Shown piece after piece: positions 58,020 to 64,000 of a stretch of DNA of 64,000 nt (position 1 is the first letter of the stretch; every line of letters begins with the position of its first letter). The translations under genes and the position numbers were made by a program. This DNA is from Vitrella brassicaformis CCMP3155. Its lineage: Eukaryota > Protista > Chromerida. The notes under the pieces were generated by a model that was given only the letters and a program-made list of their open reading frames with translations, searched no databases and had not been told where the DNA came from. Where the stretch lies: the NCBI GenBank assembly GCA_001179505.1, contig CDMY01000288.1, positions 1 through 64,000 of the forward strand, given 5' to 3'.

Positions 58020-59530
58020 CAAGAGGAGAGGGCATTCAAAGGGGAGAAGCAAAACGCCATCGCCTGCCACTGTTCTGCCTGTGTACGAGAGAGAGAGGCC
58101 TGCTGCAGAGGCCATCGCGTGATAATGGAAGGCCTTCCGCGGAGCTCAGTAGACTTCTCAGTAGACAGCACCAACTGGCGCCGGCGGCCTAGCGCCACGA
58201 CACATCTTGAGAATGTGCCAGTGCTGCCCAACCCACTGGACCCACGCCAAGGTTAGTGTACAGCTGAACTGGCACCACATGTGCTCTGCTGTTTGCTCGC
58301 ATGCTGTGCTTGATTGTGGTGCACCCACTACTGTCAACCACTGCAGGACGGCGAGCGGCCAGCTACCCGGAGTTCGTTGACGCCGAGCCGTTTTGGCTCC
58401 CTGCCGACGGCATGCCGCCCACCTTGCCTGCAGCCTATCGGCTGTTCCACGAGGCGGCCCAGCTGCTCTACGGCCCCAGCCAGCCGGACGTCCAGTCCTT
58501 CAAGGACTTCGTCGAGAACCATTGGCTGGCGGGGCTCGTACGAGCAGCCTGGTCGGCGGCGCGGGGCGAGCGCTTCATTTGGAAGCCTCCTGCAGCGCCT
58601 TACCGGACTGATTAGTTTTCAGCGGTCGGCGGCCAACGTGTGCAGGGAGCTGGGGGTGCCGGTGGTGCGGGAGGAGGGCAGGAGCGGCCGCCGCTACTCG
58701 CCGTCCACGGCGAGCCCCACCAGCAGTGTCTGATCGACGGGATGAGGGGTAGGCGCAACGGGACGGCGCCGCTCGTTTTCAATGTCGCACACGCACACGA
58801 CAAGATGGCAGGTAGGTGTTCGATTGCACTGCATCGCATGCTGTTATTGAGGGGTTGAGTCGTCTGGCTGGTCATTTGTGCAGGCGGTGTGGTCGTCAAG
58901 AAGACGCCCTGTACGGCGTATACGGCCGACAGACAGCCGCCACAGGGGAGCATGGCCGACGATGAGTGGGACCCGAACTACTAGGAGGAGCAGAAGATAC
59001 ACTGCGTCCTCCAGGAGGCCAGGTATGATCGTACTCAGCCGGATGGCGCATATCCATCAACAATGTGCACACCGGGTGCGGTGCTCTTTGCGCAGGGTGC
59101 TGGGCCGGGTGCGGGCGGCTGGAGAGCATCGCCACCTCGTGGCCATAAAAGCGGCCGAGTCTTATCTAGATGGCAGCGCCATCTACACCAAAGAGGCCAA
59201 CGGCCGCCCCCTGCATGAGGTGAGCAGGAACCACGTGGTGGTGTGGTCGACAGGGATATCCATTCTGAGTGCACTTGTGTGCAGATAGTGTTCGAGTCGG
59301 CTGGCCTGACGAGGAGGGAGAGGCTGGCCATCGTCACACAGCTGCTGGACGCCGTCGCCCACATGCACCGACTAGGAATAGTCTATCGCGACATGAAGCC
59401 CGACAATGGTGAGTGGGTGACGGCCCGTGTCTGCATGCCCGCTCACTATCTGTTTGACTGTCTGTGTGTGTCTGTCTGTGTCTGTGTGTGTCTGTGTGTG
59501 CAGTGGTGTACGATAGGCGGTGCATGTCTC
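58020..59530 (+). pseudogene. Family-B kinase copy B3 with nonsense codon, frameshifts and truncation
   Basis: AAQLLYGPSQPDVQSFKDFVENHWLAG matches B1. Two frame changes (about 58560 and 58685). TAG at 58982-58984 where paralogs have TGG (Trp). HMHRLGIVYRDMKPDN is present, then the gene ends after VVYDRR, before DFG. Confidence 0.8.
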
Positions 59531-59859
59531 GGCGTCGCCATATTCCATTGTTTTGGGTGTGTGTCTCAGCCCATCGCCGCCTACATTTTATATTCGGATG
59601 GCTCATCCACAGCAACCATCGCACAACTCGAACCATTCGCTTAATCAGTGAGCTACTCACAGTCCTTCATCACCGGCTGCTATCATTCTGCAAGACTGCT
59701 CGAAGCAGGCTGTCGTCCCCGCTACACTGTCGCGTCGTGATGGAGAAGGTGCTGGAGACATCCAGGTGGTATTTTGGCGCGACTGAGCTGAGGAGGAGAG
59801 GGAGAGGGTCAACACACGGTGACGCGCCGCCTCATTGGTGACGCAGCCACGGGCGGCTC

Positions 59860-61402
59860 CATCGTCGACCAGCCTACCATCGTAAGCCTTACAATAGGAT
59901 GGATAGGATGGGCGAATGGATGGATAGATCATTGGATGTGATGGTGTATTTGTATGCAGACCGCCGCCACTCCTCTTCTCTTCAAACCGAGGCCAAAGTG
60001 CCCACATGGGGCCGTCCTTCTTGCCAGCATCTCGCTGCAGCTGCAGGACGTCGCGAATCCCGATAAGATGAAGGAGCTGATTGAGGCGTGGCACTGGTAC
60101 GTCAGTGCGCCGGCGGCCGAGATGCACTCTGCCAAGGAGGCGCTGCAGGCGGAAGTCAGCTGCCCGCCCATCGTAACCATCAGTAAGAGAAACACAGAGA
60201 GGCTCAGAGAGACCAGACCAATCGGCTCTGTGTCCATTCAGCCAAGGAGTCACTTCGCGCCCATTTCCAGGAGATGGGTGTGCAGGACGACCCCCTGCAG
60301 CGGCGGTATCTTCCGGGCGTGAGGTACCCCGACAGCCTCCTGCGCTATTTCTACCCGGCGGTCAGCCCACACGAGACGCTCTTGACTCTCGTCGTCTGTG
60401 TATTACATCGTCGTGTTTTGTGTGTGTCTGCAGCATGTTATCGGGCAGGGAGGGTACGGGGCTGTGCAGCTGATGGTGAGGAAGCCACGCGTGCCGCGGC
60501 AGGGTGGTGGCCGCGAGACGGGGCGTGAGGGCGAGGAGGTGGACGAGATGTGGTATGACTGCGGCGACGTGGTGGTCGTCAAGCTGCTCAGCAAGGCTCA
60601 GTACCTGAACGACACACCATACCTCATCCAGAGGGTGAGTGAGGTACCAACTGACTGGCTGCACGGGGGGCGAGCCACGCAAGCCTACATACAGTGTGTA
60701 AGTGTGTGTGTGTGTGTGTGTGAGTAGGCGAAGGAGGAGTAAAACGCCCAGCGGCGGTCCATGTCTCCATGGACCGCTCACTCCTACGCCATGGCCTGGA
60801 ACGCAGACCACACCTTCCTCATTGGCGAGTTCGTGCTCGGCAAAGACCTCCTCCGCTTCCTCCAAGACAGGTACCAACACATAACTCCCCCCCCCACCCA
60901 CACAGACACACAGCTATCTTTGTGTGGTGGTGTGGTGTGGCGTTCAGGCTGCATCTCGGAGTGCCCATAGTCATGGATGAGGTCATCACAATCAGCTTCA
61001 GTGTCCTGTCCGGCACATCGCACATGCACCGCCTGTAGGCCACCCAAATACCCACACCACCCGACACACACGACCCGACTCACACCATGGCATTGTGTGT
61101 CTTTGTCGATCAGAGGACTCTTCCATTGTGATCTCAAGCTGGAGAACATCGGGATTAGCACAAGCCTGGAGAGGAGGTGGAGTCCCGACGGCTTCAGGGT
61201 GACGGTCCCGGCGGTGACTGAAGCCAAGCTGCTGGACTTCGGTGCCGCCCGCTGCGACCTGCCGGAGTGCGCAGCCATACCCACACATGGACAGACACAT
61301 GGGGCCTGAATGGTGTGGCGTGTTTGTGTGTGTACCTTTCCAGGCGCCATCCACGTGCGTACGGCACCCCACGTCTGTATCCGCCTGAGATGCAAGGTCG
61401 CA
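59860..61402 (+). pseudogene. Family-A kinase copy A3 with nonsense codon, truncated after subdomain VIII
   Basis: HVIGQGGYGAVQLM, VVVKLLSK, AKEE*NAQRR (TAA 60740-60742; paralogs have TAC/TAT Tyr), FHCDLKLEN, LLDFGAARCD, YGTPRLYPPE; then replaced by another paralog's sequence. Confidence 0.8.
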
Positions 61403-61475
61403 AGGTGTCTGACTGCTGGTGTCTGACTGCAGATGGTCTCTGCACGCATGAATCGTTGTCTGTGTTGAACTGCAG

Positions 61476-63480
61476 CTGTTTCTCGATGAGGGAGGGTTCT
61501 CGGTGGTTCAGCCCTTCTGCCGGAGGCCAGATGTTCCCGAGCAGAACCGAAAGTGGCGCAACGTCGACGCGTTCGCAGTCAAAATACTCAAGAAGGAGCC
61601 CAACGAGCACTCCTCAGAACTCAAACACATGATGGGACGCAACACGAGCACACACGACGCGAAGATAGATCCCTCAAACATGATGTATGTGTGTGTGAGT
61701 CGGGAGTATTTCAGTGCATGGCGGGCTGCTCCGGTGCTGGCCGTCTAGATACTCACCCAGAGTCCGGACGAGTCCTTCGGCGACTTCAAATGGCGGGTGA
61801 GTGACGCATGGGACACGAAGACACATCAAGCACAGATACACACCACTCTGTGTTTGTGTGGGTGTGTGTGTGAGCAGGCGATGCAGGAGTACTCGGCGCA
61901 GCGACGGGCCATGGCCTCCTCTACCACACACTCCTTTGCCATGCACCCACTCGCCGACTGGAGTGCTGTGTTCATCGTCAACGAGCTGATCCTAGGCCAG
62001 ACACTGCACGAGTTCTTCTGCACGAGGTATGAGTGAATGGAGAAACACACGCACACACCACATCCGTGTGTGGCGGTTGACGCATACACACATACACACA
62101 TACACACATTCTGTTCCTCAGGGTGAGTTTGGACGTCCCGATCGACATGGCCGAGACCTCGATCATCATTTTCGGCACCATCAGCGCGATTCACCACATG
62201 CACCTCACCCTGTAAGCCACATAGTACACAACACCACACGGCAAACATCAACTCGAAGCGACATGATTGTGTGTATCGACCAGAGATCTCTACCATCGGG
62301 ACCTGAAGCTCCAGAACATCATGGTCGCGGTGCGGTGGGAGGACAAGGTGAGGCGCGGCGGCCAGAAGGTGCGCTGCCCCGTGGTGGCTGAGGTGAAGAT
62401 CCTCGACTTCGGCGGGGCTAAGTGCGACCGCCTCGGGTGCGCAAAGTGCAAAACACCCATCACACATACATACGCCGCACACACACACACACACACACAT
62501 GTAGCTGCTCTGTCATCTGTGTGTGTGTGTGTGTGTGTGTTTGTGTCCCTTCCTTGACAGCATGTCGCCATTGGCCTACGGTACGTTCACCCTGTTTCCG
62601 CCCGGGGTCAGGGAGTGGCGCGACCGCCGGGGTCAGTGGCCCCAGGTGGACAGCCACGGCATCGGGACGGTCCTGTTCGACTGCCTCCGCCTTGCCTCCT
62701 TGCCGCCCTCTCCCACCTGCAGTGCGTCCCAGTACATCGCGCAGACACGCTGCGACCTGGTACGCTCTGGCCGCACGACACACCGATGGAGACTCTCACT
62801 GCATGAACACCTGCGTGTCCGTGTCTGTGTCTGTGTCTGTGTGTCATTCATGTGTTGATTCATGCAGTCCAGGATCCTAGCGTTGCCTTTTGGCTATGAC
62901 GTCGATGACTACCCCCACATGGTGACCTCGGTCATCCAGCGCCGTATCGATGAGGAGATCGACAAAGTCCGCAGGGAGTGCATCGTCTGGCCGGAGCAGA
63001 ACAACCAGAGCGAGGCGTTCAAGGTGCTCCTCGGGGTCGCGTCACTCTTGCTGCGGGCCGACCCGGCGCTCCGCTCGACGCCCTCACAGGTGTGCAGCAT
63101 CCGCACATAGATGGAGACACTCACACACTGACCCACTCGGCGTCTCTGACCTCTCTGCCTGCAGGTGTTGAGGGAGCTGTACACGGCATCTGTACCGCGA
63201 CAGCGCAGTGCGCTGGCTGTGCGAGCAATACGTCTTGCAGCAAGCCTTCCTGCCCGCGGGCCGCGGAATGGCCCACTGGCAGACACTGCGAGTTGACAGA
63301 GGCTTCGAGATACGCGTCGCCTCTGGCTCAGACACACGCCCCCCACCCACACAGCCCTCGGTGTCTGCCTGCAGGTGCTGCGTGAGCTGTTCACGGCAGC
63401 TGTGCGAGCACTTTGTGGCCCAGCACACACAGCTCGTACGTATGGGCGCACTGCAGGTATGTCTCGCTCGCACTGATCCC
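61476..63480 (+). pseudogene. Composite family-A kinase copy A4
   Basis: A2-like exon at 61476-61630 with its GT donor changed to AT; a second subdomain II remnant with the Lys codon as TAG (61746-61748); then HRDLKLQN, ILDFGGAKCD, PPG in place of PPE, C-lobe exons, and two frameshifted tandem copies of the terminal exon (63165-, 63375-). Confidence 0.8.
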
Positions 63481-64000
63481 CCAGACATGTAGCAAGGTTC
63501 TCATGTCGCTTGCTGTGTGTATGTGTATATGTGTCAGCCCATCGCCGCCTACAATTTATATTTCCGTGTCTGTTTCCAGCTCAACGAATGCACAGCGCTT
63601 AGGCTTGTGCGCTGGGTGGATCTCGCGATGTTCCTCAAGACGGGCGGCAAAAGACGGACGGCCGGGAGCAAAACGCCATACCGGTAAAGAAGGCACGTGG
63701 CGTGCCCTTGTCTGAGGTAGGGGAGCCAGGGCATACCAGCACATCGAAGCGCCCTGCTCTCGACTGGCCGATGGATTCTTTCTCCACCCTTCTGTGCGTT
63801 GATTGATCGCTCAGTTCGTGTCGGGTGAGGGATTTCGCGGAGTATCCCTGATGATGGCTTTAGAAGCTGTCGATAGTGCGCCAGCTTCTGGAGGTCCTAA
63901 CCTTCCTGCATTCGTGACGGATCGTCCACCGAGACGTAAAGCCGTCAAACGGTACGGAAACGAGGGAGGGAGGGCAAAACATCGGTATGTCTCCTCGCCT

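Larger units (their letters stand above)
56652..63564 (+). repeat. Four copies of the motif (TTTTGGGTGTGTGTCTCAGCC)...ATCGCCGCCTWCATTTTATATTC
   Basis: Copies at 56652-56674 (core only, degenerate), 57886-57934, 59551-59595 and 63531-63564. Confidence 0.85.

Overview
GC-rich, intron-dense eukaryotic DNA. Introns are short (about 60-130 bp) and full of (GT)n, (GA)n, (GGAT)n and (GACA)n repeats. Intron style and one expanded gene family suggest a chromerid alveolate, most likely Vitrella brassicaformis (inference, no database check). Apparently intact core genes: a NIMA/NEK kinase fused to several EF-hands (13.0-20.6 kb), a plant-type DYRK (DYRKP) kinase (25.7-31.2 kb), a PB1 + FW (NBR1-like) protein spanning a 300-N gap (35.0-38.2 kb), a Cys-type (class 1/DPD-like) dihydroorotate dehydrogenase-like enzyme (38.5-40.3 kb), two F-box proteins, an RS-rich protein and several hypotheticals. 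Overlaid on this are disabled or scrambled copies of two divergent kinase families, here called A and B: at 1.5-7.3 kb, as relics at 21.5-21.9 and 31.5-33.3 kb, and as a mosaic at 54.5-63.6 kb whose junctions often carry the same short motif. Exon coordinates were traced by eye and outer gene boundaries are approximate. No rRNA, tRNA, CRISPR array or recognisable transposase/RT ORF was found.
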